Positions 26,488 to 35,862 are shown, counted from the first letter of the stretch. The stretch: 36,701 nucleotides of DNA from an uncultured Methanosarcinales archaeon (GCA_964368095.1 CAYIZT010000003.1:1257-37957), one strand, 5' to 3'. Notes: a model not told the origin generated them from the sequence alone. Program-made: numbers and translations.

Positions 26488-27408
26488 TCACTCATGCTCA
26501 GCTAAATACTTCTCAGCTTCCATCGCAGCTTGACAACCAGAACCTGCGGCGGTTATAGCCTGCCTGTATCGCGTATCCTGCACATCGCCGGCGGCAAATA
26601 CTCCAAGAATATTGGTCTTCATGAACCGGTCTGTAGTTAAGTATCCCAATTCATTCATATCTAGTGCCCCTTTGAAGACGGAGGTATTCGGAATATGTCC
26701 AATCGCTAAGAATACTCCTTCAGTCTTGAATTCAGACAATTTTCCGGTCTTGGTATTTTTCAATTTAACACCGGTAACTTTTTTTCCGTCGCCTAAAATC
26801 TCTGCGACTTCACTGTCCCAGATCACTTTACACTTTTTGTTCTTGAAAAATCTATCCTGCATTATCTTAGAAGCCTTGAATGAATCTTTTCGGTGGATAA
26901 CCGTGACTTTTGTGGCAAATTTAGTCAGAAAATTTGACTCTTCCATGGCCGAATCACCGCCGCCGATAACGACGACTTCTTTCCCTTTGAAGAAAGTTCC
27001 GTCACAGGTCGCGCAGGTCGTCACTCCACGTCCTTTGTACTTTTCTTCAGAAGGAATCCCTAACCATCTGGCAGAAGCTCCGGTCGCAACGATTAGTGTC
27101 TTAGTCTGGATAGTTTCGCCACCCATTAACTTTAATTCAAAACCATTCTTTAATTTTTTAAATTCGGAAGCGATATCAACTTTAAACCTAGTGCCAAATC
27201 TCTCGGCTTGCTTTCTACAATTTTCTACTAAAGCAGGGCCTTGCACTCCTCCGGGAAATCCTGGGAAATTTTCAACATCCGTGGTCAAGGTAAGTTGCCC
27301 GCCGTCTTCCGGTCCTGAAATGACCAAAGGATCAAGGTTAGCTCGCGCGGCGTAAATAGCTGCCGTGCAGCCGGCTATCCCCGTTCCTAAGATGGCTATT
27401 TTTTCCAT
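26488..27408 (-). CDS. trxB: Thioredoxin-disulfide reductase
   Basis: GGQLTLTTDVENFPGF, CATCDG, GGGDSAMEE, GVFAAGDV and RQAITAAG. Confidence 0.97.
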   Translation of the reverse strand: MEKIAILGTGIAGCTAAIYAARANLDPLVISGPEDGGQLTLTTDVENFPGFPGGVQGPALVENCRKQAERFGTRFKVDIASEFKKLKNGFELKLMGGETIQTKTLIVATGASARWLGIPSEEKYKGRGVTTCATCDGTFFKGKEVVVIGGGDSAMEESNFLTKFATKVTVIHRKDSFKASKIMQDRFFKNKKCKVIWDSEVAEILGDGKKVTGVKLKNTKTGKLSEFKTEGVFLAIGHIPNTSVFKGALDMNELGYLTTDRFMKTNILGVFAAGDVQDTRYRQAITAAGSGCQAAMEAEKYLAEHE

Positions 27409-27419
27409 GATTTCAAATT

Positions 27420-28922
27420 CTACTCCTTCTCTTCATTATCCATCAAGTAATACGCTAACATCCGTACTCCTGAACCAGTCGCTCCCTTGTTAAGATAAGC
27501 GCCATCCACCATCCAATACGCCGAACCGGCGATGTCCACGTGCGCCCATTTAGCTTTCTCGACGAATTTAGATAAGAATACCCCGGCAGTGATAGAACCT
27601 GCTTCGTACCCTTTCCCTTTCTGAGAGTTGTTATTCAAATCGCTTTTTGAGCCGTCCATCCAATCTTGATATTCTTCAAAGAAGGGCAGCTGCCAGACCC
27701 GGTCGCCGGAAGCGCTTCCTGCTTCATGCAACGCATGCAATAAATCATCATGCTTGCCCATAACTCCTGCGGCATAATATCCCAAAGCGACTACACATGC
27801 TCCGGTCAGCGTCGCCAGATCAATCATGACTTCCGGATTGTAATTCTTCTCGGTATAGGCCAAAGCGTCACATAAGATCAATCTTCCTTCTGCGTCAGTG
27901 TTCCCGATCTCAATAGTTTTACCGTTGTATGCCCTGACAATATCGCCGGGATGCTGAGCTGTGGCATCAACCATGTTTTCACACAATGGCATGACTGCCA
28001 GCAGATTCTTTTTCAATTTTAATTCTGCTGCTATTTTCACCGCGGCCATCACCGCAGCCGCACCAGCCATGTCAGTAGCCATGTCTTCGATATACTTAGT
28101 AGGTTTCAAATTATATCCACCGCTGTCAAAAGTTATTCCTTTTCCTAACAGAGCAGTGTATTTTCCTTTCTTTGAACCATTGTATTCAAGGATGACCAAT
28201 TTAGGCGGGTTGCTGCTTCCGGCATTTACGCCCAACAAAGCGCCCATGCCTTCTTTCTCCAACTCTGTTTTATTTAGGACTTTCATTTTCACCGAACTAT
28301 ATTGGGAAGCAACTTGCCTGGCCATCTTTTCCATGTATTCAGAATTTACTACATTAGCAGGCTCATTGACCAGATCTCTGGTCACATTTGTCGCTTCCGC
28401 GATAATCCTGCCTATTCTCAATCCTTCACCGAATTCATCGCTGCCCGCAGACTGCAAAGCCACTAAGCTAAGGGGTTTTTTCTTCTCCTGCTTTTCTTTG
28501 GAAAAATATTTAGTAAAGCCGTAATTAGCCAGCAACAACCCTTCTGCTGCCGACTGGCCTAATAATTTTTGATCAACTTTATCATGGCGGGCTTTCTCAA
28601 CAACATTAGTAGTGAAGGAAGACAATATCCAGCCTTTTGTAGCAGTTACCATCTTTCCGAGAGCCTGACGGACTTTTTCTGTATTGAAATCTTTCTTTTC
28701 ACCTAATCCCAGCACTGCTACTTTTTTATATGGAAGAGCGGCTAATTTGGTAGCATACATCTCTCCAAACTGGCGGGAGAAAGCTTTCCTTCCTATCGCG
28801 GCTTCCACCTCTTCCGCCAATTCCTTGCTGAATGATTTTCCGTTATCTTTTTCTTCTTCAAATAGACCTAAAAACAATACGTCCTGTGCCTTATCCAAAT
28901 CCTTGGTTATCGTTATTTTCAT
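27420..28922 (-). CDS. pepA: Leucyl aminopeptidase (M17)
   Basis: GKGITFDSGG, DMAGAA, NTDAEGRL and DLATLTGA. Confidence 0.97.
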   Translation of the reverse strand: MKITITKDLDKAQDVLFLGLFEEEKDNGKSFSKELAEEVEAAIGRKAFSRQFGEMYATKLAALPYKKVAVLGLGEKKDFNTEKVRQALGKMVTATKGWILSSFTTNVVEKARHDKVDQKLLGQSAAEGLLLANYGFTKYFSKEKQEKKKPLSLVALQSAGSDEFGEGLRIGRIIAEATNVTRDLVNEPANVVNSEYMEKMARQVASQYSSVKMKVLNKTELEKEGMGALLGVNAGSSNPPKLVILEYNGSKKGKYTALLGKGITFDSGGYNLKPTKYIEDMATDMAGAAAVMAAVKIAAELKLKKNLLAVMPLCENMVDATAQHPGDIVRAYNGKTIEIGNTDAEGRLILCDALAYTEKNYNPEVMIDLATLTGACVVALGYYAAGVMGKHDDLLHALHEAGSASGDRVWQLPFFEEYQDWMDGSKSDLNNNSQKGKGYEAGSITAGVFLSKFVEKAKWAHVDIAGSAYWMVDGAYLNKGATGSGVRMLAYYLMDNEEKE

Positions 28923-28959
28923 ATTCTCCCGCTCCTTTTTTCATTAAGACTTTTTTTCG

Positions 28960-29652
28960 TTAAGAATATCTCTCAAACTTAATCTGCTTCAATGCCGCTC
29001 CTTTTTTTATCAAAACCTCTTTGGTTTCCAATACTAACTCCTTTAAGCCGCAGATATAAAAAGTTTTGTTTTCTACATCAGCGGGAAGATGTGCCTGCAC
29101 TCTTCCGGTCGCTCCGTTCCATTTCTCCCTAGTCAAAGTAGGCACATAGATAAAATTAGCATATTTCTTTGCCAATTGCCGGAATTCTTCATGCAAGAAT
29201 AAATCTTTTTTCTCCTTGACGCTGAAAATCAGGGTAAATTTCTTCCCTTTATGATAAGAAATATTTTGCTTAAGCATGCTGTAAAGCGGTGCAACACCAG
29301 TGCCTCCGCCGATGAGCCAGATCTCTTTGTTCTTATCATCATCTTCAAAGACAAAATGACCTAACGGCCCTTTTATCTGAAAGGAATCACTTTTCTTGGC
29401 ATTCTTGAATACTTCGGAAGCGAAACCTCCATCAATGATCTTGATGCATAAGTCTATTTTGCCTTTTTCTGAAGGAGGATTTAGCACTGAATAAGATTTT
29501 AAGCGGAACTCTTCGCCTTTTTCTACTTTTAGGGTGATGAACTGTCCTGCTTTGAACGAGAATTCTTTTGGCGCAGATAAAGAAAGAAAAATAACATCCT
29601 CGGTAAGTTTTTTGTTCTCTAATACTGTCGCTTGGAAAGCATGTATGGGCAT
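28960..29652 (-). CDS. Ferredoxin-NADP reductase-like FAD/NAD(P)-binding oxidoreductase
   Basis: FKAGQF, KSYS, GFAS, GPLG, GGGTGVAP, YICG and C-terminal FERY. Confidence 0.92.
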   Translation of the reverse strand: MPIHAFQATVLENKKLTEDVIFLSLSAPKEFSFKAGQFITLKVEKGEEFRLKSYSVLNPPSEKGKIDLCIKIIDGGFASEVFKNAKKSDSFQIKGPLGHFVFEDDDKNKEIWLIGGGTGVAPLYSMLKQNISYHKGKKFTLIFSVKEKKDLFLHEEFRQLAKKYANFIYVPTLTREKWNGATGRVQAHLPADVENKTFYICGLKELVLETKEVLIKKGAALKQIKFERYS

Positions 29653-29699
29653 TATCTTAATACTTATATTCTCCTTTAAAAAAGTTCTGGAACCTTATG

Positions 29700-29860
29700 C
29701 TCTGTCCTGAATCTCCGCTTTGCTTCTGGTTAGCATCGACTCACTCTTCGCATGTTCTCTTGTAATGCGGTGCCCTCCCATAGGGGGTGTCCCCTTCCGC
29801 AATCAAAGTCATATCAGATTTATCGTTCGTGTATTGATGCTAACCACATTCAGGACAGAG
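29700..29860. mobile_element. MITE-like element (161 bp) with 13-bp terminal inverted repeats and an imperfect target-site duplication
   Basis: CTCTGTCCTGAAT (29700-29712) / ATTCAGGACAGAG (29848-29860). Flanks are TCTGGAACCTTATG (29686-29699) and TCTGAACCTTATG (29861-29873). Inner IR TGGTTAGCATC/GATGCTAACCA. Confidence 0.7.
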
Positions 29861-30626
29861 TCTGAACCTTATGCAGAGACAATGGTTTAGCTTTCTCCCA
29901 GATATTAAGGAAATAACCTTGCATGGCTTCAGAAAGAGAAGGGTCCTTGATGTGCAGGTTAAATTTCTGATCATATTCAGGGTTTTTCAAGGTGATCTTA
30001 CACTCACGGCCGTCAACGATTAGCAACGAAAAGTTTTGCAGCGGATAGTAGCGCAAATCAATCCCTTGTTTTGCGTATTCTTCTAAAACGGGCCATTCTT
30101 TATTCTGTGAAGCGGACACGATGATCCGCACGGCTACCCCCTTATTTTTGGCTTCGATCAAATGCTGCAGCTTTACAAATTTAGCTTTGCTGGTCTGAAA
30201 AGTCCAGCCAAGAATATAATACGTTTTGCTGGTCCGTTTCAACGCATCAAGATAGATCGCCGAAGAAGCTTCCTTCCCTAACGAGACGTTAAGCACTTCC
30301 GGCATTTTAACCTGTTGTTTTTGATGAAATAACACTTTAGTCTGTTCTACCAGCGCGATCTCTAATTCGTCCATCAACTTTTTTTTATTTTGAATAAATG
30401 CCGGGATGACTACCGCCGGGTCTACCGGTTCAAAATAAGATAATTCTCCTGACAATTCCTGCACAAAGTTCCGTAACACCAAGCGTTTTAAATTAGGGTA
30501 TACTGCAGTAGGCGGCACTGAAGATTTTTCTGCAATCTCGCGCGCCGACATCCGCCCATATTGCAATAACGAGGTATAAATTTTTGCTTCATAAGAACTT
30601 AATCCCAACCTCTTCAGATCTTCCAT
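29850..30626 (-). CDS. TrmB family transcriptional regulator
   Basis: LGLSSYEAKIY wHTH and a C-terminal PLD-like effector domain (LIVDGRE). Confidence 0.93.
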   Translation of the reverse strand: MEDLKRLGLSSYEAKIYTSLLQYGRMSAREIAEKSSVPPTAVYPNLKRLVLRNFVQELSGELSYFEPVDPAVVIPAFIQNKKKLMDELEIALVEQTKVLFHQKQQVKMPEVLNVSLGKEASSAIYLDALKRTSKTYYILGWTFQTSKAKFVKLQHLIEAKNKGVAVRIIVSASQNKEWPVLEEYAKQGIDLRYYPLQNFSLLIVDGRECKITLKNPEYDQKFNLHIKDPSLSEAMQGYFLNIWEKAKPLSLHKVQTLS

Positions 30627-30681
30627 TAATAGTGAGCTATTATTAATAATATATAAATATTACAGCTTCTTAACATACTTT

Positions 30682-31488
30682 ATGAAAAATAATAACTACA
30701 AACGGGAATTAGAACTTGCTCAGCATTTAGCTGTGGAAGCCGGAAATGCGGTCTTACCCATTTATTATGGGACAGCGGATGTAACAACCAAGGCAGATAA
30801 TACGCCTGTGACCGATGCCGATGTATTGGCCAACAGGATTATCCAAGAAGGGATACGCCAAGCGTTTCCATTAGATGCGATCGTGAGCGAAGAATTAGAA
30901 GCGATAGAAGGAAAAAACAGATGCTGGTATATCGATCCTATTGACGGGACGAGGGGATTCATTGAACATACCGACCAGTTTGCGGTCCATATCGGATTAG
31001 CGGTGCAAGAAAAAGCAGTGCTGGGTATTGTATACAAGCCTGTCGCCAGAGAAATGTACTTTGCAGTAAAAGATGAAGGCGCATATAGACTATCTCCATT
31101 CGGCGATAAAAGGCAGCTTCAGGTCCAGAAACATACCGGGCTTATTGCAGCGATGGATAAAGACAATGTACTAAGCGCAAGATATCAGGAATTAGCGAAG
31201 CGATTAGGCCTTTCCAGAAGTATCATCAGCGGCAGCGAAGGATTGCGGGTGATGAAAGTTGCTGAAGGCATCGCTGATGTACACTTTAACTTAGAAGGAA
31301 GCCATTGCAGCACCTGGGACATTTGCGCACCGCAGATTATCGCTGAAGAGGCCGGGGCATATGTATGTTTTACCGACGGGCAACCAATCATGTATTTGGA
31401 ACAGCGAAAAGTAAGAAAAACATTTGTGGTAGCCAACAGCAAAACTCTCGCTGATAAAGTCAGTGAAATGGTCGAGAGAATGTCATGA
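30682..31488 (+). CDS. cysQ: CysQ/inositol monophosphatase family phosphatase
   Basis: TPVTDAD, SEE, WYIDPIDGTRGF and WDICAPQII..EAG. Confidence 0.9.
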   Translation: MKNNNYKRELELAQHLAVEAGNAVLPIYYGTADVTTKADNTPVTDADVLANRIIQEGIRQAFPLDAIVSEELEAIEGKNRCWYIDPIDGTRGFIEHTDQFAVHIGLAVQEKAVLGIVYKPVAREMYFAVKDEGAYRLSPFGDKRQLQVQKHTGLIAAMDKDNVLSARYQELAKRLGLSRSIISGSEGLRVMKVAEGIADVHFNLEGSHCSTWDICAPQIIAEEAGAYVCFTDGQPIMYLEQRKVRKTFVVANSKTLADKVSEMVERMS

Positions 31489-31625
31489 ATAGGCGGAAAA
31501 TCTTCTCCACCACACACTAAAGTGCGTGGCTTGAGCGGGAGAAGATTTTTAACTCCGCCTATTGTGACATAAATAGCCAGAGCCATTCATCCTCGTCTTA
31601 AAAGACGAGGCTTTCTGGCTATTTA
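31480..31625. mobile_element. Double-hairpin palindromic element resembling IS200/IS605 ends (PATE/REP-like)
   Basis: Hairpin 1 is capped by CCACACAC-TAAA-GTGCGTGG-CTTG. Hairpin 2 contains ATTCAT-CCTCGTCTT-AA-AAGACGAGG-CTTTC. Both have long basal stems. Confidence 0.6.
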
Positions 31626-31671
31626 ATGTAAAGCTAAACTGCCTGATATTAATTTTATTTTCTTTTAATTT

Positions 31672-32058
31672 TTATTTTGATGTCTTTTCCTTGCGGAACT
31701 TGTTGACAAAGCTGGTAAATTTGTTGGTTGAGGTTTCTTTTTTTGGTTCTCTTTGTTTAAGATATTCTTTTACCCGCTTATCTCCTTTTGCTTCGGCATT
31801 TTTGCCTAAAGAATAATACTTTTTCTCTACCGTGCTTCCCCAGGAGAATTCTCCCTGTTCCTCTTCGATCTTATGCATAGTGATCTCTTTGGTCAGGACG
31901 CCTTTTTGCAAATTGTAATAAATGCTTCGCTGGGTCGCAGGAGGGAAAATCTCATTATACATTTTTGCCACCTGGTAACCGTATCCTTCCCCTAAATAGT
32001 GCAGGATTTCCACGATGTTCTGCCTGATCAGGCTTTTGATGGGCCTTCCTTTCACCAT
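31672..32058 (-). CDS. Winged-helix (PadR-like) DNA-binding protein
   Basis: ILHYLGEGYGYQV..RSIYYNLQK..KKYYSL pattern. Confidence 0.7.
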   Translation of the reverse strand: MVKGRPIKSLIRQNIVEILHYLGEGYGYQVAKMYNEIFPPATQRSIYYNLQKGVLTKEITMHKIEEEQGEFSWGSTVEKKYYSLGKNAEAKGDKRVKEYLKQREPKKETSTNKFTSFVNKFRKEKTSK

Positions 32059-32103
32059 TATTACAAAATACTTTTTAAAGTTTAAAAGAATTTCTTTAAT
32101 ATC

Positions 32104-32427
32104 ATGTCCAAACCGCTCCTTTCCAAAAGTAAACAGAAAGAAATCGCGCTACAGCGCATCAGGGTTCTTTTTCAGCAGGCCGGAGACATATTTCCAAAAA
32201 ACAAGGCCTTAGCTGATCGTCATGTCGCTCTGGCCAGAAAAATCTCTATGAAAGTGCATGCGCAGATCCCGCAGGAATTAAAAAGAAGGATGTGCAAGCA
32301 CTGTTACAGCTATTTAAGACCGAGCGTAAATGCACGGATACGTACCCGAGGAGGCAAGGTGATCATCTCCTGCCTTGAATGCAAGAAATTTACTCGAATC
32401 CCTATAAAACGGCCTGGCAAAGCATAA
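32104..32427 (+). CDS. rnp4: Ribonuclease P protein component 4 (Rpp21)
   Basis: IALQRIRVLF, LARKISMK, KRRMCKHC and CLEC zinc ribbon. Confidence 0.95.
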   Translation: MSKPLLSKSKQKEIALQRIRVLFQQAGDIFPKNKALADRHVALARKISMKVHAQIPQELKRRMCKHCYSYLRPSVNARIRTRGGKVIISCLECKKFTRIPIKRPGKA

Positions 32428-32454
32428 TTTATGGTTATAGCTATATGCTGTTAA

Positions 32455-32535
32455 GGGGGCTCTGTCCTGAATCTCCCTACTCCTGAAGAACTGTTTAAGC
32501 CGAGGGAATATCAAGAAAGGATACTCCTGAGCCTC
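32455..32535. repeat. Second, degenerate or truncated copy of the MITE end
   Basis: GCTCTGTCCTGAATCTCC at 32459-32476 is identical to 29699-29716. Weak GGCTC/GAGCC and TCCCT/AGGGA pairing. Confidence 0.55.
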
Positions 32536-32569
32536 GCAATGTTATAATACAAAGTTATAATAAAAACAA

Positions 32570-34888
32570 TCAATCAACTTTTTTTCTCTCTGCATCCAAT
32601 AAAATTTTTTTCTCAGCTTTAGCTACGGTATGCCTAATCTCATCCACTGCGTCCGCATTGGCGGAGATGGAATTGACTCCCTGCCTTACTAAAAATTCAG
32701 CCATATCCTGCCTGCTCCCTGCCTGTCCGCAGATCGATGTTTTCACGTTATACTTTCTGCAGACCTGGATCACTTTTGACATCTCACCCAATACTGCAGG
32801 ATGCATCTCACTAAACAGATGCGCTATCCTTTCATTATTCCTATCTATGCCTAATGTAAGTTGAGTCAGATCATTGGTGCCGAAAGAAACAAAACTTATC
32901 CCCTCCTTACACAGATCTTCGATTACCCAGCATGCTGCCGGCGTTTCAACCATCACTCCAAAATCAATCTCTTTCACCGGTTCAAGGTCAATTTCGCGCA
33001 TGATTTCTTTTGCCTTGCGCAGTTCTTCCACGCGGATCACAAACGGCAGCATTATGCCGACGTTATCAAAACCTTCATCATGCAGTTCTTTCACAGCTTG
33101 AAATTCTGCGCGTAAAATCTTAGGTTCGTCCAATAATCTTCTGATGCCGTGCCAGCCGATCATGGGGTCGGTCTCGTGAGGTTCCTTATCGCCGCCCTGT
33201 AAATTTCTGTATTCATCAGAACGCATGTCTGAACAGCGTATCCATACTGGCTTATGCACAAAGGCCTTGGCAATTTTTCTGATTCCTTCTTTCAACAAAG
33301 AAATGTAATCTTCTTCCCGTTTCTGTCGTATGTATTCGGCAGGATGCACCCCGCCATTAGCGATCATTATTTCCAGCCTGACCAACCCGACGCCATCAGC
33401 ACCGGTAGCTGCTGCTTTAGAAGCAAAATCAGGAAGATCCATGATAACTTTTATTTCTGTTGCAGTCACTACTTCTGCTCCTGCGTAGTGCGGCACTTCT
33501 TTTTTCTGTTCCATTTTTTGTATCTGATCGATCGTGCCGATTCTTCCTTCATACACAATCCCTCTGGCCGCGTGGACGGTAACTATTTCTCCGTCTTTTA
33601 ACAGATCAGTAGCATGCTGTGTCCCCACAATACAGGGTGTTCCCATCTCGCGGCTAACGATCGCCGCATGACAAGTCATACCGCCTTCATTAGTCACGAT
33701 AGCTCCTGCGCGCTGCATGGCAGGAACCATATCTGGTGTGGTCATGGCGGTGACCAAAATATCACCTTTCTGCACTTTGCTAAGTTCGGAAGGATTGAGT
33801 ACCACTTTAACCGGTCCGGCATACACCCCGGCACTGGCAGTCTCTCCTTTTAACAGGATCTTACCGGTCTCATCGTTGACATCTGGTCTTTCTATAGTAT
33901 GCGCTTTAAAGGTAGTGACTGCTCTGGTCTGTACGATAAACACTTCTTCATTTTGCACTGCCCATTCTACATCCTGCGGCTTGCCGTAATGTTCTTCTAA
34001 TTTTTTTCCCAAACGTGCCAGTTCTTTAATCTGTTTTTCATTTAATACCTGCCGTTCCTGCTTGTCTTTTGGGATAACCTGTTTCTCATTTTTGCCTTTA
34101 TCATTCCTGAATAGGCCAATTTCTTTCTTGCGCACTTCAATTTTTTTAATATCGCGCGTTTTCTTATCGACAAGATAGAGGTCAGGATTGATCTCTCCGC
34201 CGACGATCAATTCACCTAAGCCGTAAATCGCCTCAATAACTATCTCGTCAGCATGATTAGTTGAAGGATTGACGCTGAACATGATGCCTGATTTATCCGC
34301 ATTGATCATCTTCTGTACCAGGGCGGAGATCAACACTTTGCTGTGATCAAATTTATTCTTCACGCGGTAATAGATCGCTCTTGCGGTAAATAAAGAAGCC
34401 CAGCAGGCTAATACCGCAGCGACAACATTCTGTTTTCCCTTGACATTCAAAAAAGTAGCTTGCTGCCCGGCAAAACTCGCTTCCGGAAGATCTTCTGCAG
34501 TCGCTGAACTTCGCACCGCCACAAACACTTCCTTAGGTTCTATCAAATCAGTCGCTTGCTGTTTTATTGAGCCGAGCATTTCATAGGTATACATGATCTC
34601 TTCCGCCATTTCCAGGGGCATAGGGGTAGACATGACCAATTCCTGAATCTGCTTGGCGACCGCCTGAAGCTTATCAGTATCTTCTACATCTAAATTTTCC
34701 AGAAGCTTGAGAATTTTGTCCTTGATTTTGGTTTTTTCCAGATACTCTCCATATGTTTGTGCGGTGACCGCGAAACCATTCGGAACCGGAAGATGCAAGG
34801 TAAGCATTTCTCCAATATTTGAACCTTTGCCGCCTGCAATAGCAATAGAATCTTTCCTTAACTCTTTAAACCAGATAACGTAGGACAT
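32570..34888 (-). CDS. ppsA: Phosphoenolpyruvate synthase
   Basis: GGKG, AVRSSATAEDLPEASFAGQQ, GGMTCHAAIVSRE (phospho-His), SFGTNDLTQ and ICGQ. Confidence 0.98.
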   Translation of the reverse strand: MSYVIWFKELRKDSIAIAGGKGSNIGEMLTLHLPVPNGFAVTAQTYGEYLEKTKIKDKILKLLENLDVEDTDKLQAVAKQIQELVMSTPMPLEMAEEIMYTYEMLGSIKQQATDLIEPKEVFVAVRSSATAEDLPEASFAGQQATFLNVKGKQNVVAAVLACWASLFTARAIYYRVKNKFDHSKVLISALVQKMINADKSGIMFSVNPSTNHADEIVIEAIYGLGELIVGGEINPDLYLVDKKTRDIKKIEVRKKEIGLFRNDKGKNEKQVIPKDKQERQVLNEKQIKELARLGKKLEEHYGKPQDVEWAVQNEEVFIVQTRAVTTFKAHTIERPDVNDETGKILLKGETASAGVYAGPVKVVLNPSELSKVQKGDILVTAMTTPDMVPAMQRAGAIVTNEGGMTCHAAIVSREMGTPCIVGTQHATDLLKDGEIVTVHAARGIVYEGRIGTIDQIQKMEQKKEVPHYAGAEVVTATEIKVIMDLPDFASKAAATGADGVGLVRLEIMIANGGVHPAEYIRQKREEDYISLLKEGIRKIAKAFVHKPVWIRCSDMRSDEYRNLQGGDKEPHETDPMIGWHGIRRLLDEPKILRAEFQAVKELHDEGFDNVGIMLPFVIRVEELRKAKEIMREIDLEPVKEIDFGVMVETPAACWVIEDLCKEGISFVSFGTNDLTQLTLGIDRNNERIAHLFSEMHPAVLGEMSKVIQVCRKYNVKTSICGQAGSRQDMAEFLVRQGVNSISANADAVDEIRHTVAKAEKKILLDAERKKVD

Positions 34889-34955
34889 TTAGTACAACCT
34901 CTTTTAAGAGCAGTAAGGATTATGGGCTTTTAAGATTTGTGGTGAGAATAAAGAA

Positions 34956-35315
34956 TCATGCTATTGCAAGATGAAGCTCAGCGGGATTAACGAATTCTGG
35001 CTTTGCTCTTTCAACACTTAAAGAAGTAACATTATCGGTATTGCGAATTTTAGATCTGATCTGAATATGCACCTGAATCAATTCTTTTGACACAATAACT
35101 TCAAGCTTTCCTGAAATCATATTTTTCAAGGTAACCTTAGGTATTCCAAAAACCTTGGAGGCATTAAGCAATTCAACTCCATTCACGTTTTGCTTTTTAT
35201 CAAGATCAAATATGAACTCACCTATTTGAAAAGAAGAATCGTATTTTCTATTCAGGGGCCGAGCTACAAAAATATCATTTTCAAAATTATACCTTGCCTT
35301 AGCTTTTTGATACAT
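34956..35315 (-). CDS. DUF2283-like protein (putative antitoxin)
   Basis: YNFENDIF and FIFDLDKKQNVNGVELLNASK match the YD...D..Y and D.D..G...GIEI..AS pattern. Overlaps the upstream gene. Alternative start at 35339. Confidence 0.75.
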   Translation of the reverse strand: MYQKAKARYNFENDIFVARPLNRKYDSSFQIGEFIFDLDKKQNVNGVELLNASKVFGIPKVTLKNMISGKLEVIVSKELIQVHIQIRSKIRNTDNVTSLSVERAKPEFVNPAELHLAIA

Positions 35316-35613
35316 GTTCTCGTTTCCTTCGCTCTGCATTGCAGGGATATAAGGTTATTAACCTAAGCCATTGCTCAGGCAATATTCTCACTATTACTAT
35401 CAAATCTTTATTATCAACATAATTGAACCATACTTTATATAAATTTTGGTCTTGCTGAGCGATCCCCAGAATTGTATTTTCCGTGATTAATTTGCTTATC
35501 TCTTCGACGGAAAGATCCTTGTCTTTGCATTCTTCTTTGAAATGCGTTGATTCTGTGAATTCTTTTTGGTTGAGGCTCCTTTTGATGAAGGAGAGCGCTT
35601 CGCTAAGATTCAT
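35299..35613 (-). CDS. DUF4258-like protein (putative RelE/BrnT-fold toxin)
   Basis: STHFKEE..DKDLS.EEI, YKVWF, LIVIV and LITLYP. Sits directly upstream of the DUF2283-like gene. Confidence 0.6.
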   Translation of the reverse strand: MNLSEALSFIKRSLNQKEFTESTHFKEECKDKDLSVEEISKLITENTILGIAQQDQNLYKVWFNYVDNKDLIVIVRILPEQWLRLITLYPCNAERRKREHVSKS

Positions 35614-35634
35614 CTAAGTTTTGGATTTGAACCT

Positions 35635-35759
35635 GTTTATATCCTTTGGGTGAAGCGGCCAGGATGTCCAGTGGGCTGCTGAAAAGAGGTAAAACTAAAA
35701 AATTCTTGAGAATTATCGGTTAATACGTTTGTCCAGTGGCATGGGAAGTGGATTTGAAA
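35635..35759 (-). promoter_or_regulatory. CCACTGGACA-box promoter module, copy B
   Basis: The + strand reads TGTCCAGTGGG at 35665-35675 and TTTGTCCAGTGG at 35728-35739. The minus-strand TATA ATATAAAC at 35642-35635 lies 21 nt before the ATG. Confidence 0.7.
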
Positions 35760-35862
35760 TCACATAGAAATAGTGGTGACGATTTATCTATTTGTGATAG
35801 TTAAAATTTCCTTCACATAACGCTTATAATTGCAAAATGGGGGGAGATTGAGTGAGAGGTGG

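Noticed and set aside
26612..27355. 247-aa antisense ORF, and similar ones at 5840-6295, 12592-13035, 18560-19015, 20934-21341 and 27961-28524
   Set aside because: Shadow frames opposite well-supported genes, with no motifs.
31185..31586. 133-aa minus-strand ORF as a transposase remnant
   Set aside because: Mostly antisense to cysQ and running through the palindrome, with no HUH, RuvC or DDE motifs.
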